Assembly (NCBI GenBank): GCA_964354215.1
Contig: CAYGYT010000002.1
Span: 19,595 to 83,594, forward strand
Length of the DNA: 64,000 bases
Reading direction: 5' to 3'
Origin: an uncultured Eubacteriales bacterium
GTDB lineage: Bacteria > Actinomycetota > Coriobacteriia > Anaerosomatales > CAVRZR01
Below the pieces are notes generated by a model. That model did not search any database, was not told the origin of the DNA, and saw only the letters and a list, made by a program, of their open reading frames with translations. How positions within the stretch are numbered: position 1 is the first letter of the stretch; each line of letters opens with the position of its first letter. The position numbers and the translations under genes are program-made. Below, in pieces: positions 1 to 10,896 of the stretch.

Positions 1-1
1 C

Positions 2-295
2 ACGCAGGCGGCTCTTGGAGCGGACCTGTCGGCGCGCGGGCTTCTCGAGGCGGCCAAGATCCACGTGCCGGCGGGCGCGCAGTTTGGCGACGTGATCAAG
101 GTCAAAGGGGAGGGCATGCCGAGACTCCGCGGCTCCGGGCGCGGCGATCTTCACGTCCACCTGGCGGTGGAGGTTCCAAAGAAGCTCTCCAAGCGCCAGA
201 AGGAGCTCCTCGCGCAACTCTCCGAGGAGATGGATGATGGCGCGCGCGAGCGTCCGACGCCCCTCCATAGGCTCAGGGACTGGCTCACGGGCTGA
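2..295 (+). CDS. dnaJ: Chaperone DnaJ, C-terminal part (5'-truncated by window edge)
   Basis: PAGAQFGDVIKVKGEGMPRLRGSGRGDLHVHLAVEVPKKLSKRQKELL is the DnaJ C-terminal motif; lies upstream of rsmE-mtaB as usual. Confidence 0.92.
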   Translation, partial: TQAALGADLSARGLLEAAKIHVPAGAQFGDVIKVKGEGMPRLRGSGRGDLHVHLAVEVPKKLSKRQKELLAQLSEEMDDGARERPTPLHRLRDWLTG

Positions 296-1122
296 TGTCG
301 CGTCATCGCTTCTTTCTCGACGCGGCGCTCGACGGGACAGCAGATGTCGTCGCCGTGCCGCTCTCAGAGACCGACCGCCATCATGCGGTGGATGTCCTGC
401 GCGTCGCGCCGGGCGAGGAGATCGTGGTCGTCGAGCCGGGCGGCAGGTCACTCGTGGTGCGCCTCCAGAGCGTTCGCTCGAGCGATCTTGCCGGGAGGGT
501 CGTCGGGGAACTCCCCGGGCCGGACGAGCCGCGGGTGACGCTCCTACAAGGCGTGATCAAGGGCTCGAGGATGGACGAGATCGTCCAGCACGCCGTCGAG
601 CTCGGAGTTGAGCGTGTGGCTCCGGTCGTCACCGCTCACACGGTCGTTCGACTTGATTCGGCGAAGGCGACACATCGAGTCAGCCGCTGGCAGCGCATCG
701 CCGAGGCGGCCGCCTGCCAGTCCCAGCGCACGCGGGTTCCCGTGGTTGAAAGTCCCACCTCTCTCGGGGCCGCGTTGCGGTTCGTCGAAGACGCGGACCT
801 GGCGGTGGTCCTGTGGGAAGAATCGGATGCCGACGGGCTCGCGAGCGTACTGCGTGATGCGGGCGTTTCGCCCGCGCAGCCGGGGGCCCGTGTTGTCGTG
901 GTCGTGGGACCGGAGGGCGGCCTGACCGCCGATGAAGTGGACGACCTCGTCGCCGCGGGAGCACGCGTGGCGTCGCTCGGAGGCGCGATCCTTCGCGCAG
1001 AGACAGCTGCACTCGCCGCACTGACGCTCGTGGCCGACGCGCTCGGCGCACTCGGTTCCCCGACAGACGCCGGCTTTGCGTCGGACGCTCCACGCTTCGA
1101 TTCGGCAGCCGAGCGATCATGA
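295..1122 (+). CDS. rsmE: 16S rRNA m3U1498 methyltransferase RsmE
   Basis: HHAVDVLR, KGSRMDEIVQHAVELGV, VVGPEGGL, LGGAILRAETAA SPOUT motifs; TGATG overlap with dnaJ. Confidence 0.95.
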   Translation: MSRHRFFLDAALDGTADVVAVPLSETDRHHAVDVLRVAPGEEIVVVEPGGRSLVVRLQSVRSSDLAGRVVGELPGPDEPRVTLLQGVIKGSRMDEIVQHAVELGVERVAPVVTAHTVVRLDSAKATHRVSRWQRIAEAAACQSQRTRVPVVESPTSLGAALRFVEDADLAVVLWEESDADGLASVLRDAGVSPAQPGARVVVVVGPEGGLTADEVDDLVAAGARVASLGGAILRAETAALAALTLVADALGALGSPTDAGFASDAPRFDSAAERS

Positions 1123-2477
1123 GCGCGCGAGCTCCGGAATCATCCGCGGTCTTGGCGGCTCCTATCTCCGGACGGGCTCCGCGCGTCGCCGTGCGCACGC
1201 TCGGCTGCAAGGTGAACCAGGTGGAAAGCGAACAGATCGTGGCGGAGCTCCTGGGAGCCGGCTGGGAAGCGGTGAGTGAGGACTCGGCCGACGTGGTCGT
1301 GGTGAACACCTGCACGGTGACCGGCGAGTCGGACTCGAAAGCCCGCAAGACCATTCGCCATGCGCTGCGGCTCCCGGGACGTCCCTCAATCGTTGTGACC
1401 GGATGCCTGGCTGCGCTCGATGCCACGGGACTGCGCGCACTCGACGGTCGCGTCATCGTGGAACACGACGTTGCCAAGGTGGCCGAGCAGGTCTCGCTTG
1501 TAGCGGGCGTTCGATCCGTGCCGCCGGCGACGCCGCCCGTCCGCAGCGGCGAGGCTTTTCACACTCGCGCGATGGTGAAGATCGAAGACGGCTGTGATGC
1601 CTTCTGCACGTACTGCATCGTGCCGTACGCGCGGGGACTCCCGCGGTCGGTGCCGGCCGATAGCGTGCTGAGCGAATGCGAAGCCCTGGTCGAACGCGGC
1701 GTGCGCGAGATCGTTTTGACCGGGATCAACCTCGGCCGCTACGAGGACTCCGTTCTCAACGTATCCGGGCTCATCAGACGAATCGCGAGCATCGGGATTC
1801 CCCGGTTGCGGATATCGAGCATCGAGCCTCTCGAGCTGACGGAGGAGCTCCTCGAAACGCTCGCGACAACACCGGCCGTGTGCGAGCACCTTCACGTGCC
1901 GTTGCAAGCCGGGAACGATGCCGTGTTGCGCGACATGGGACGCTCGTACACGACGGGCGACTTCGCGCGCCGGCTCGATGCCGCGCGCCAGGCGATCCCC
2001 CGGCTCGCGGTGTCGACCGACGTCATCGTGGGCTTCCCGGGTGAGACCGAAATGCAGGCCGAGGAGACGCGCCAGTTCTGTCGCGCCATGGGCTTTGCCC
2101 GTCTGCACGTGTTCCGCTACTCTGTCCGCTCGGGAACCCCCGCGGCCGATCGAGTGGATCATGTGGACCCTCGTGAACGGGCAGATCGCGCGCAACGGAT
2201 GCGAGTGCTCGACGCCGAGCTTCGCGGGCGCCACGGGCGGTCTCGCGTCGGCGAGGTTGCCGAGGTGCTGGTGGAGCGCGTCGTGACTGACGATGGAAGC
2301 GGCCTTCCGTTTGCAGTAGGTACGACGCGCGACTATCTCCGCGTGCGGTTCGCGGCTCCGACAGCGGCGGACACGTGTCCAGTGGGCGCATTGGTGCCCG
2401 TTCGGCTCGAAACCGTGACAGGCGCTACAGTGACCGGGTCGATTGTCGCGGGTACAGACGTTGAAGAAGGCGGCTGA
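1119..2477 (+). CDS. mtaB: tRNA t6A37 methylthiotransferase MtaB
   Basis: TLGCKVNQVES, VNTCTVT, VTGC (UPF0004 Cys) and radical-SAM CDAFCTYC; dnaJ-rsmE-mtaB context. Confidence 0.93.
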   Translation: MSARAPESSAVLAAPISGRAPRVAVRTLGCKVNQVESEQIVAELLGAGWEAVSEDSADVVVVNTCTVTGESDSKARKTIRHALRLPGRPSIVVTGCLAALDATGLRALDGRVIVEHDVAKVAEQVSLVAGVRSVPPATPPVRSGEAFHTRAMVKIEDGCDAFCTYCIVPYARGLPRSVPADSVLSECEALVERGVREIVLTGINLGRYEDSVLNVSGLIRRIASIGIPRLRISSIEPLELTEELLETLATTPAVCEHLHVPLQAGNDAVLRDMGRSYTTGDFARRLDAARQAIPRLAVSTDVIVGFPGETEMQAEETRQFCRAMGFARLHVFRYSVRSGTPAADRVDHVDPRERADRAQRMRVLDAELRGRHGRSRVGEVAEVLVERVVTDDGSGLPFAVGTTRDYLRVRFAAPTAADTCPVGALVPVRLETVTGATVTGSIVAGTDVEEGG

Positions 2478-2524
2478 CGGTGAGCTTGCGGTGCCACCCT
2501 GCAGGCTCAGTCAGGCGCCGACCG

Positions 2525-2533
2525 TGGTAGAAT
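2525..2533 (+). promoter_or_regulatory. Extended -10 promoter (TGgTAGAAT) upstream of phoH
   Basis: TG-n-TAGAAT in the mtaB-phoH intergenic gap. Confidence 0.55.
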
Positions 2534-2588
2534 GGCAGGTAGACGGCAGTGCCCGAGGCACGTGGGGCGGTTGCCGTCAGTCAAGTGA

Positions 2589-3578
2589 ATGAGGGTGTTT
2601 CAGCGAGTGGAACCAACACAGATCCGCCTGGTCGTCCCGCCCGAGCTCGACATGACCGATCTTCTCGGCCAGGAAGACCGTCTCTTGAGGCTCATCGAGG
2701 ACCAGTTCGAGTCCGACATCGCAGTCCGAGGCAACCAGATCACGATTAGCGGCTCGCCATCTGAGGGCCAGGCCGTTTCCGCGCTCTTCGGCGAGATGAT
2801 CCAGCTCGTCGAGAAGGGGGCCGAGCTCACGAGCGAGAACCTCGAGCGCTCCATCGAGCTTCTGAAGACCGGTGAGTGCATGCCGACGACGCTTCATGCC
2901 GACGTCTTGCTCACCCACAAGGGCAAGTCGATCCGACCGAAAACTGCAGGTCAGAAGCGTTACATTGACGCCATTCGCGAGAACACGGTCACCTTCGGAA
3001 TCGGGCCTGCCGGTACCGGCAAGACATACCTGGCGATGGCGATGGCCGTCGACGCGCTCAAACGCAAGGAAGTCGGGCGCATCATCCTCACGCGGCCCGC
3101 TGTAGAAGCGGGGGAGAGCCTCGGCTTCTTGCCGGGCACGCTCTTCGAGAAGGTCGATCCCTACCTGCGTCCACTCTACGACGCGCTTTTCGACATGATG
3201 GACATCGACAAGTCCACCACGCTCACGGAGCGCGGCGTGATCGAGATCGCGCCACTCGCGTACATGCGCGGCCGTACCCTGAATGACAGTTTCATCATCC
3301 TTGACGAGGCGCAGAACACCTCGCCCGAGCAGATGAAGATGTTCCTCACCCGTCTCGGCTTCGGGAGCAAGGTCGTCATCACGGGAGATGTCACGCAGAT
3401 CGACCTGCCAAAAGGGGTCTCCGGACTGAAGCTCGTGCGAGATATCCTCGTCGATGTACAGGATATCGAGTTCATCGAGCTCACGAGCAAGGACGTCGTG
3501 CGGCACAAGCTCGTGCAGCGTATCGTGACGGCCTATCACGAGTACGAGGAGAACAAGGCGGCGTCGCACGATGGTTAG
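2589..3578 (+). CDS. phoH: PhoH-family ATPase (PhoH/YbeZ)
   Basis: [49 protein letters not shown]; alternative GTG start at 2607. Confidence 0.95.
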   Translation: MRVFQRVEPTQIRLVVPPELDMTDLLGQEDRLLRLIEDQFESDIAVRGNQITISGSPSEGQAVSALFGEMIQLVEKGAELTSENLERSIELLKTGECMPTTLHADVLLTHKGKSIRPKTAGQKRYIDAIRENTVTFGIGPAGTGKTYLAMAMAVDALKRKEVGRIILTRPAVEAGESLGFLPGTLFEKVDPYLRPLYDALFDMMDIDKSTTLTERGVIEIAPLAYMRGRTLNDSFIILDEAQNTSPEQMKMFLTRLGFGSKVVITGDVTQIDLPKGVSGLKLVRDILVDVQDIEFIELTSKDVVRHKLVQRIVTAYHEYEENKAASHDG

Positions 3579-4578
3579 AAGGCACGAGGTGGCGTCGCGC
3601 GTCATGCGCGAGACGACCGCCTTCAGACACCCGGCGATGCGCAGGCTCGTCCGTGCGTCGTTCATCGGACTGACCGCATCCTGTTTCGCCGTGATCGTGA
3701 TGGTGCTGAGCGGCAGCGCCACGTACGCACCGCTCGCGATAGTGGCTGGCGTGGCAGGCGCGATCCTCGGCTCGCTCGGGGCACGCGCGATGCGACCGGT
3801 GGGGGAGCGACTGTTCGGCGTGACGACGAACGCACGCCTGCTCGAGCTCGCGAATCCCGCGCACCCACTCATGCGCAAGCTCATGACGACCGCCCCGGGC
3901 ACATATACGCACTCGGTCGTGGCGGCGAACCTCGCGGAGGCGGGTGCCGAGGCGATCGGCGCGAATCCTCTCGTGGCGCGAGTGGGCGCCTACTACCACG
4001 ACATCGGCAAGCTCGAGCGCCCGGAGTTCTTCTTCGAGAACCTCGGCGGCGGCGCGAACCCCCACGACGGATCAACGCCCGATCGTTCGACGCAGATCAT
4101 CATTTCGCACGTCCACGACGGTCTCGAACTCGCCGAGGCCTACCATCTTCCTCGGGAGATCAAGGACATCATCGGCGAACACCACGGAACGTCGGTCGTC
4201 TCATGCTTCTACCGCAAGGCTGCCGAAGCGGATGCGTCGGTGTTCGAATCGGCGTACCGGTATCCGGCAGCAGCGCCTCACACGCGTGAAGCGGCGCTTG
4301 TGATGTTGGCGGATTCCTGCGAGGCGGCGGTCCGCGCGCTTCGGACTCCTTCAGACGAGCAGACCGCACGCACGGTGAGGCGTGTCATCGCGGACCGGGA
4401 GTCGGACGGCCAGCTCACGCAGAGCGGTCTGACACCGGCCGATATCGAGACCATCGCTGAGACCTACATTCGCACGCTGGTGAGCATGTATCACCCGCGT
4501 ATGGAGTACCCGGACACCGCTCCGAGGAGGGAACATGCAGATATCCATCACGAGCCATCGCGACCCCGAACCGCTTGA
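3571..4578 (+). CDS. Membrane-anchored HDIG phosphohydrolase, short PgpH/YqfF-like
   Basis: APGTYTHS...AYYHDIGK, HVHDG, EHHGT, MLADSCEAA; sits between phoH and ybeY like pgpH/yqfF; only about 2 predicted TM helices. Confidence 0.85.
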   Translation: MVRRHEVASRVMRETTAFRHPAMRRLVRASFIGLTASCFAVIVMVLSGSATYAPLAIVAGVAGAILGSLGARAMRPVGERLFGVTTNARLLELANPAHPLMRKLMTTAPGTYTHSVVAANLAEAGAEAIGANPLVARVGAYYHDIGKLERPEFFFENLGGGANPHDGSTPDRSTQIIISHVHDGLELAEAYHLPREIKDIIGEHHGTSVVSCFYRKAAEADASVFESAYRYPAAAPHTREAALVMLADSCEAAVRALRTPSDEQTARTVRRVIADRESDGQLTQSGLTPADIETIAETYIRTLVSMYHPRMEYPDTAPRREHADIHHEPSRPRTA

Positions 4579-4981
4579 TCTGGCCGCGTTCGAGCGTCTC
4601 GCCGCGTTCGTCTTGGAGCGAGAAGACGTTCCCGAACTGGCGGAGCTGTCCATCGGTGTCGTCGATCTGGACGAGATGACCGCGCTGAACGAGCGCTATC
4701 GGGGGGTCGAGGGTCCCACGGATGTCCTCTCGTTCGGCTGCGACGATCCGTGTGCGGTCGAGAGCGACGAGCCCATCACCCTCGGTGACGTCATCGTGGC
4801 GCCCCAGGTCGCCGAGCGCCAAGCCGCGGACTACGGCCATACTGTCGAGGATGAGCTGAACCTCCTGCTTGTCCACGGCATCCTGCACCTGCTCGGCTAC
4901 GAGCACGAAGCCGACGAGGATGCTCGGGTCATGCAGGAACGTGAGCGCGTGCTGCTCACCGCATACGCCGATAGCATCTAG
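4535..4981 (+). CDS. ybeY: rRNA maturation endoribonuclease YbeY
   Basis: LNERYRGVEGPTDVLSF, LGDVIVA, HGILHLLGYEH. Confidence 0.95.
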   Translation: MQISITSHRDPEPLDLAAFERLAAFVLEREDVPELAELSIGVVDLDEMTALNERYRGVEGPTDVLSFGCDDPCAVESDEPITLGDVIVAPQVAERQAADYGHTVEDELNLLLVHGILHLLGYEHEADEDARVMQERERVLLTAYADSI

Positions 4982-5012
4982 CCGTCTTCGTCGAAGGAGC
5001 CACGAACCGAGC

Positions 5013-5714
5013 GTGCGCAGCAGGTCGCTCTTCTGGAGCTTCAACTACGCCATCGAAGGCATCGTCTACGCGCTGAGGACACAGCGCAACATGCGGCTCC
5101 ATATGCTGGCCGCCACTGTTGTTCTCGTGGCCGCGGTCGTCTTTCGCGTCACCCGGTTCGAGCTCATTGCGCTGCTGCTCGCTATCTGCCTCGTGCTGAT
5201 CGCCGAACTCGCCAACACGGCGCTCGAGGCCGCCGTCGACATCACTGTGGAGCGATACGATCCGATGGCCAAGATCGCCAAGGACGTGGCGGCGGGTGCT
5301 GTCCTCATCGCCTCCTTGAACGCGCTTGCAATCGGCTACCTTGTGTTCTTCTCTCGCCTGCGAGTGGTCGCCGAATCCGGCTTGCTTCTCGTGCGGGCGT
5401 CTTCGGCGAATCTGACGGTGCTCGCTCTCGCGCTCACAGGCGTGGGTGTGCTCGTCCTCAAGGCGCTCACCAAGGGAGGAACGTACCTGCGCGGAGGCTG
5501 GCCATCGGGACACGTCGCGCTCTCCACCGCTGCTGCCGCGGCGGTCGGGTACGCGACGAGCAGCGCCGCCGCGTTCGTGCTGGCGCTCTTCATCGCCGCG
5601 CTCGTGGCACAGAGCAGGGTTGAGAGCAACGTCCACACGATTCCCCAGGTCATTCTCGGGGGCCTGCTCGGCTTCCTGATTGCCACCGCGGTCTTTCAGC
5701 TATTCTTTCTCTGA
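5013..5714 (+). CDS. dgkA: DgkA-family (diacylglycerol/undecaprenol) kinase fused to a PAP2-like phosphatase domain
   Basis: SFNYAIEGI..QRNMRLH, AELANTALEAAVD, AKIAKDVAAGAVL; C-terminal GWPSGH and QSRVESNVH; GTG start chosen after AAGGAG. Confidence 0.85.
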   Translation: MRSRSLFWSFNYAIEGIVYALRTQRNMRLHMLAATVVLVAAVVFRVTRFELIALLLAICLVLIAELANTALEAAVDITVERYDPMAKIAKDVAAGAVLIASLNALAIGYLVFFSRLRVVAESGLLLVRASSANLTVLALALTGVGVLVLKALTKGGTYLRGGWPSGHVALSTAAAAAVGYATSSAAAFVLALFIAALVAQSRVESNVHTIPQVILGGLLGFLIATAVFQLFFL

Positions 5715-5735
5715 CCGTCGACCACCGGAGCGCTT

Positions 5736-7013
5736 GTGGAGTTCGTCGTTTGGATAGTGGTGCCGGTCCTGCTCCTCGCGGCCGCCGCGGTACTGACCGC
5801 CGAAGAAGCCTCGGCGTCGCTCCTCGCTCGTTCGCGCGTGCGCCGCTTGCTCGACTCCGACCGTCGGGGTGCGGCGGCACTCGAAGCCTTCGCCGAGCAG
5901 CCAAGCCGGCTTCATGCGGCCGCTGCCGCCAGTCGCGCCGCCGCGTTCGCCTCGTTCGGCCTTGCCGGATGGTCGCTTGCCAGTCTCGCCTCCGGGACCT
6001 CCGGCGTGTGGCTTCCGGTCGCCGGGGGGCTGCTCGGCGTCGCGGTCGGGTTCTCGTTCGCCGATGCGTTGCCGCGCACGCTCGCCGTGCAGAACCCCGA
6101 GGATGTCGCACTCTCCTTCGCCACGGTCGCACGTCCGCTTGTAGCGGTCGGCTACCCCTTCGCCCGCGTATGCGCGATCCCCTGGCAGTGGGCCATGCGC
6201 CTGACGGGCGTCGAGCGCGCGGGGCTCTCTCCTTGGGCAAGCGAGGACGAGTTTCGCAGCGGCTCGCCCGACGACGAGGAGGCCTCGCGAGAGGAGACGG
6301 AAGAAGCGCTCCTGGATGCGGTCTCCGAGTTCACCGAGAAGGTCGTCCGCGAGGTGATGGTGCCACGGACGGACATGGCCGCACTCCCCGACACTGCGAC
6401 TCCCGCCGACGCGATAGCCATGATCGAAAGCCTCGGCTATTCCCGCCTGCCGGTGTATCACGAGACCGTCGATGACGTCCGTGGCGTGCTCTACGCGAAG
6501 GACCTCCTGTCGGCACTCGGCCGGGGGAGAGATGTGGGGAGTTTGACCGCGATCTCGAGGCCGCCGTACTTCGTCCCTGCGACGAAACCGGTAGACGAGC
6601 TGCTCGTCGAGATGCGCGCTCGCACGCATATCGCCATCGTGGCTGACGAGTACGGTGGTACCGCGGGACTCGTGACGATCGAAGACCTGCTCGAGGAGCT
6701 CGTCGGCGAGATCTTCGACGAGTATGACCGGGAGGAGCCCCTCGTCGTCGATCTTGGCAAGGGACGCTATCGGGTCGACGCACGGCTCCCCATCGACGAC
6801 GCAAATGAGCTTTTTGGCATGGATATCGACGTTGACGCTGATACCATCGGCGGTGTGGTCTCCGTCATCGCCGGTCACATCCCCGAAGTCGGAGAGAGCG
6901 TCGAGGTCGAGGGGTTGCGAATGACCGTACTTGCTCGCGAAGGCACGAGAGTGCGACAGCTCGAGATCGAATCCACCGGTTCACCCGACAACGAGGAGTC
7001 AGAAGATGCGTGA
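5736..7013 (+). CDS. HlyC/CorC (CNNM-CBS-CBS-CorC) membrane protein
   Basis: N-terminal TM region, VREVMVPRTDM, GYSRLPVY, ADEYGGTAGLVTIEDLLEELVGEIFDEYD, C-terminal CorC domain. Confidence 0.92.
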   Translation: MEFVVWIVVPVLLLAAAAVLTAEEASASLLARSRVRRLLDSDRRGAAALEAFAEQPSRLHAAAAASRAAAFASFGLAGWSLASLASGTSGVWLPVAGGLLGVAVGFSFADALPRTLAVQNPEDVALSFATVARPLVAVGYPFARVCAIPWQWAMRLTGVERAGLSPWASEDEFRSGSPDDEEASREETEEALLDAVSEFTEKVVREVMVPRTDMAALPDTATPADAIAMIESLGYSRLPVYHETVDDVRGVLYAKDLLSALGRGRDVGSLTAISRPPYFVPATKPVDELLVEMRARTHIAIVADEYGGTAGLVTIEDLLEELVGEIFDEYDREEPLVVDLGKGRYRVDARLPIDDANELFGMDIDVDADTIGGVVSVIAGHIPEVGESVEVEGLRMTVLAREGTRVRQLEIESTGSPDNEESEDA

Positions 7014-7425
7014 ACTCACCCCGCCGGATCTCGCCCTGCTGGCGTTCGCCCGTGAGATTCAGGAACGGGCGTACGCTCCCTATTCGATGTTCCGGGTGGG
7101 TGCGGCGGTGTTCGCCGGAGGCGAGATCTTCCAAGGTGTCAACGTGGAGAACGCCGCGTATCCCACGACCATGTGTGCCGAACGCGCCGCGCTCTCGGCC
7201 GCGGTGACGGCCGGCTTCACTGAGATCGATGCGGTGGCGGTCGTGGGCGACTCGGAGGCACCCACGGTCCCCTGCGGCTGCTGCCGACAGGCTCTTGCTG
7301 AGTTCAACCCCGAGATGCGGGTCATCATGGGCGGCCGCACGGACGAGGTACTCGTCATGACCCTCGAGGAGCTCCTTCCCGAGGCGTTCGTCCGCGGCTA
7401 CCTCGACCAGGACGACACCAAGTGA
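7006..7425 (+). CDS. cdd: Cytidine deaminase
   Basis: AYAPYSMFRVGAA, NVENAAYPTTMCAERAAL, PCGCCRQ; ATG 7006 after GAGGAG. Confidence 0.95.
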   Translation: MRELTPPDLALLAFAREIQERAYAPYSMFRVGAAVFAGGEIFQGVNVENAAYPTTMCAERAALSAAVTAGFTEIDAVAVVGDSEAPTVPCGCCRQALAEFNPEMRVIMGGRTDEVLVMTLEELLPEAFVRGYLDQDDTK

Positions 7426-7455
7426 GGACGCCCTTCGAGCGGGCGATCGTTCTTC

Positions 7456-8358
7456 GTGCCTGACCAGGTTCGAAGCGGCTTCGTTGCCCTCGTGGGCAGG
7501 CCGAACGCCGGCAAGTCCACGCTCGTGAACGCTGTGGTAGGCAGCAAGGTGGCAATCACGTCGGACACCCCGCAGACCACGCGGCACCGGCTGCGGGCCA
7601 TCCTCGACCGCGAGGATGCGCAGGTCGTCTTCGTGGACACCCCCGGCCTACACAAGCCGCACGATGCGCTCGGCGAGGAGCTCAACCGCTCGGCCCTTCT
7701 CGCAATCGCGGATGTGGACGTTGCGTGCCTTGTTATCGACGCGACGAAGCCGGTGGGCCGAGGGGACCAATGGGTGGCACAGCACGTCGCCGCTACGAAG
7801 GGTGCGCGCGTGCTCGTCTTGACCAAGGCCGATGCGGCCTCAGCCGAGCAGGTGCGAAGGCAGCTGGAAACCGCGCGCACCTTGGCGGAGTTCCACGACG
7901 AGGTAGTCGTCTCGGCGGTTGAGGGATTCAACGTCGACGGATTCGTCGAAGTCGTGGTCCGGCTCCTTCCCGATGGCCCGCGGTACTTCCCGCGGGACAT
8001 GCGGACCGACCAGTCGTTCGAGGTCATGATCGCCGAGTTCGTTCGCGAGAAGGTCCTGCGGTCGACCTTCGATGAGGTCCCGCACGCGGTGGGAGTTGTG
8101 CTCGACGACCTGCAGTGGGACGACAAGGCCGATCTCGTGCGGGTCTACGCGGTGGTCTACGTGGAGCGGGATTCGCAGAAGGGCATCATCATCGGAGCGG
8201 GTGGCGAGATGATCAAGCGCATCGGCGTCGAGGCTCGCGGCGACCTCGAGCGGCTCCTCGGCAGGCACGTATTCCTCGATCTCAGGGTGAAGGTCAAGAA
8301 GGACTGGCGGCGTGATGCGTCTCAGATACGTCGCTTCGGATACGGGGAGGGACTGTGA
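7456..8358 (+). CDS. era: GTPase Era
   Basis: GRPNAGKSTL, PQTTR, DTPG, TKAD, KH domain with ERDSQKGIIIG. Confidence 0.97.
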   Translation: MPDQVRSGFVALVGRPNAGKSTLVNAVVGSKVAITSDTPQTTRHRLRAILDREDAQVVFVDTPGLHKPHDALGEELNRSALLAIADVDVACLVIDATKPVGRGDQWVAQHVAATKGARVLVLTKADAASAEQVRRQLETARTLAEFHDEVVVSAVEGFNVDGFVEVVVRLLPDGPRYFPRDMRTDQSFEVMIAEFVREKVLRSTFDEVPHAVGVVLDDLQWDDKADLVRVYAVVYVERDSQKGIIIGAGGEMIKRIGVEARGDLERLLGRHVFLDLRVKVKKDWRRDASQIRRFGYGEGL

Positions 8359-9050
8359 ATCCCGAGCTGGACGCCACCGCCTTCGCGGCGTACGTCGACC
8401 AGACGCTCCTCTCGCCGAAGGCGGGCCTGTCAGAAGCGCGCCCATGGCTCGTGGAGAACGCCGAGCATGGCTTCGCGGCCCTCTGCGTGACGCCCCTGCT
8501 CGTGCCCGCGGCCACGCTCGCCCTCGCGACGTCGACCACGCGCGTCTGCTCAGTGTGCGGGTTCCCCCTCGGCTACTCGCTCACGCGAACGAAGGCGGAA
8601 GAGGCGCGTCGGCTCGTGTCCGAAGGGTGCTTCGAGGTCGACATGGTGATCGCGATCGGAGAGCTGCTCGACGGGAACCAGGACTACGTGCGAGGCGATA
8701 TCGCTGAGGTCGTCGCGGCCGTCCGTGACGAGTCCGGCGGCGAAGCGCTCGTCAAGGTGATCCTCGAGACGGGATACCTCTCCGAGGAGCAGGTCACGGC
8801 GGCGTGCGAGATCGCCGAAGATGCCGGCGCCGATTTCGTGAAGACCTCCACGGGTTTCGGCCCCCGCGGCGCGTCGGTTCGAGATGTCGAACTCATGCGC
8901 GCGGCGGTTGGCGACCGGCTGGGAGTCAAGGCGGCGGGCGGGATTCGAGACCTGGAGAGCGCGCTTGCGCTCATCGACGCCGGCGCGACGCGCCTCGGGA
9001 CGTCGTCGGGTTTGCCGCTGCTCGACGAACTCGCGCGTCGGTCGGTCTAG
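8355..9050 (+). CDS. deoC: Deoxyribose-phosphate aldolase
   Basis: VDQTLL, GFPLG, EVDMVI, KVILETGYL, FVKTSTGF, VKAAGGIR, RLGTS. Confidence 0.95.
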   Translation: MNPELDATAFAAYVDQTLLSPKAGLSEARPWLVENAEHGFAALCVTPLLVPAATLALATSTTRVCSVCGFPLGYSLTRTKAEEARRLVSEGCFEVDMVIAIGELLDGNQDYVRGDIAEVVAAVRDESGGEALVKVILETGYLSEEQVTAACEIAEDAGADFVKTSTGFGPRGASVRDVELMRAAVGDRLGVKAAGGIRDLESALALIDAGATRLGTSSGLPLLDELARRSV

Positions 9051-9057
9051 ACGCGCC

Positions 9058-9852
9058 ATGCCTGCATACCCAGCTCGCGCGATCGTACTCAGGCGCACGC
9101 GGCTCGGCGAAGCCGACATGATCATCACCCTGCTCGCCGAGGACGGGCGCCAGATCCGAGGAGTGGCGAAAGGGCTGCGCAAGCCCACGTCGAAGTTCGG
9201 TGGCCGTTTGGAGCCCGGTGCTGAGATCGATCTTCTGCTCCACACGGGCAAGAACCTCGACGTTATCAGCGAGGCACAGAGTGTCGATGGCCACGCCCGC
9301 CTCCGCGAGGACTTCGACCGCCAGATGGCCGCCGCGGTCGTCGAAGACCTGCTCGAGTGCGTGACGAGAGACGCCGAGCCCGACGCACGCCTGTTTGGTC
9401 TTGCTCGCGCCACCCTGAGCGCCCTCGAGAGCGCCCCGGTCGAGCGCCTCCACCAGGTGGTGCTCGCGTTTCTCGTCAAGGCCATGGCCATGCACGGGTA
9501 CCGTCCCGAGCTGGAGGCGTGCGTGGCGTGTGCAGGAGACGTGGACGCAAGCGACCTCTTCTCTTTGGCGGCGGGAGGCGCGCTCTGCGTCGGCTGCGGA
9601 GCCGATGCAGCGACCATCCAGCGGCTCGCACCGGCCGGTCGCGCGTGGCTCGGACGCCTGCTCGGCGCCACGATGGCCGAGGTGGCAGACATGGACATGC
9701 CGCGCCAGGCGGCACTCGACTGTTTCGACCTCGTGCGGTCGTTCGTTGCCTACCACCTCCCGACTCGCTTGAAAGCGCTCGACTTCTACGCGGCGAGCGT
9801 CCACACGCTGCCCGAGCCGGGTCCCTCGCGCGAGGGGTCGGACCGTGCTTGA
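9058..9852 (+). CDS. recO: DNA repair protein RecO
   Basis: AIVLRRTRLGEADMIITLL, VAKGLRKPTSKFGGRLEP, Zn finger CVAC...CVGC. Confidence 0.95.
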   Translation: MPAYPARAIVLRRTRLGEADMIITLLAEDGRQIRGVAKGLRKPTSKFGGRLEPGAEIDLLLHTGKNLDVISEAQSVDGHARLREDFDRQMAAAVVEDLLECVTRDAEPDARLFGLARATLSALESAPVERLHQVVLAFLVKAMAMHGYRPELEACVACAGDVDASDLFSLAAGGALCVGCGADAATIQRLAPAGRAWLGRLLGATMAEVADMDMPRQAALDCFDLVRSFVAYHLPTRLKALDFYAASVHTLPEPGPSREGSDRA

Positions 9853-9957
9853 GTCCCGAGGCGGTCGTGTAAGATAGCGAGGCATCTGCGCCCCCGTAGG
9901 CCATGCGGCGGAACCGCAGAACGTCAGGCATGCGAACCTTCGGGAGATGCCGTTTCC

Positions 9958-10892
<935 letters not shown>

Positions 10893-10896
<4 letters not shown>

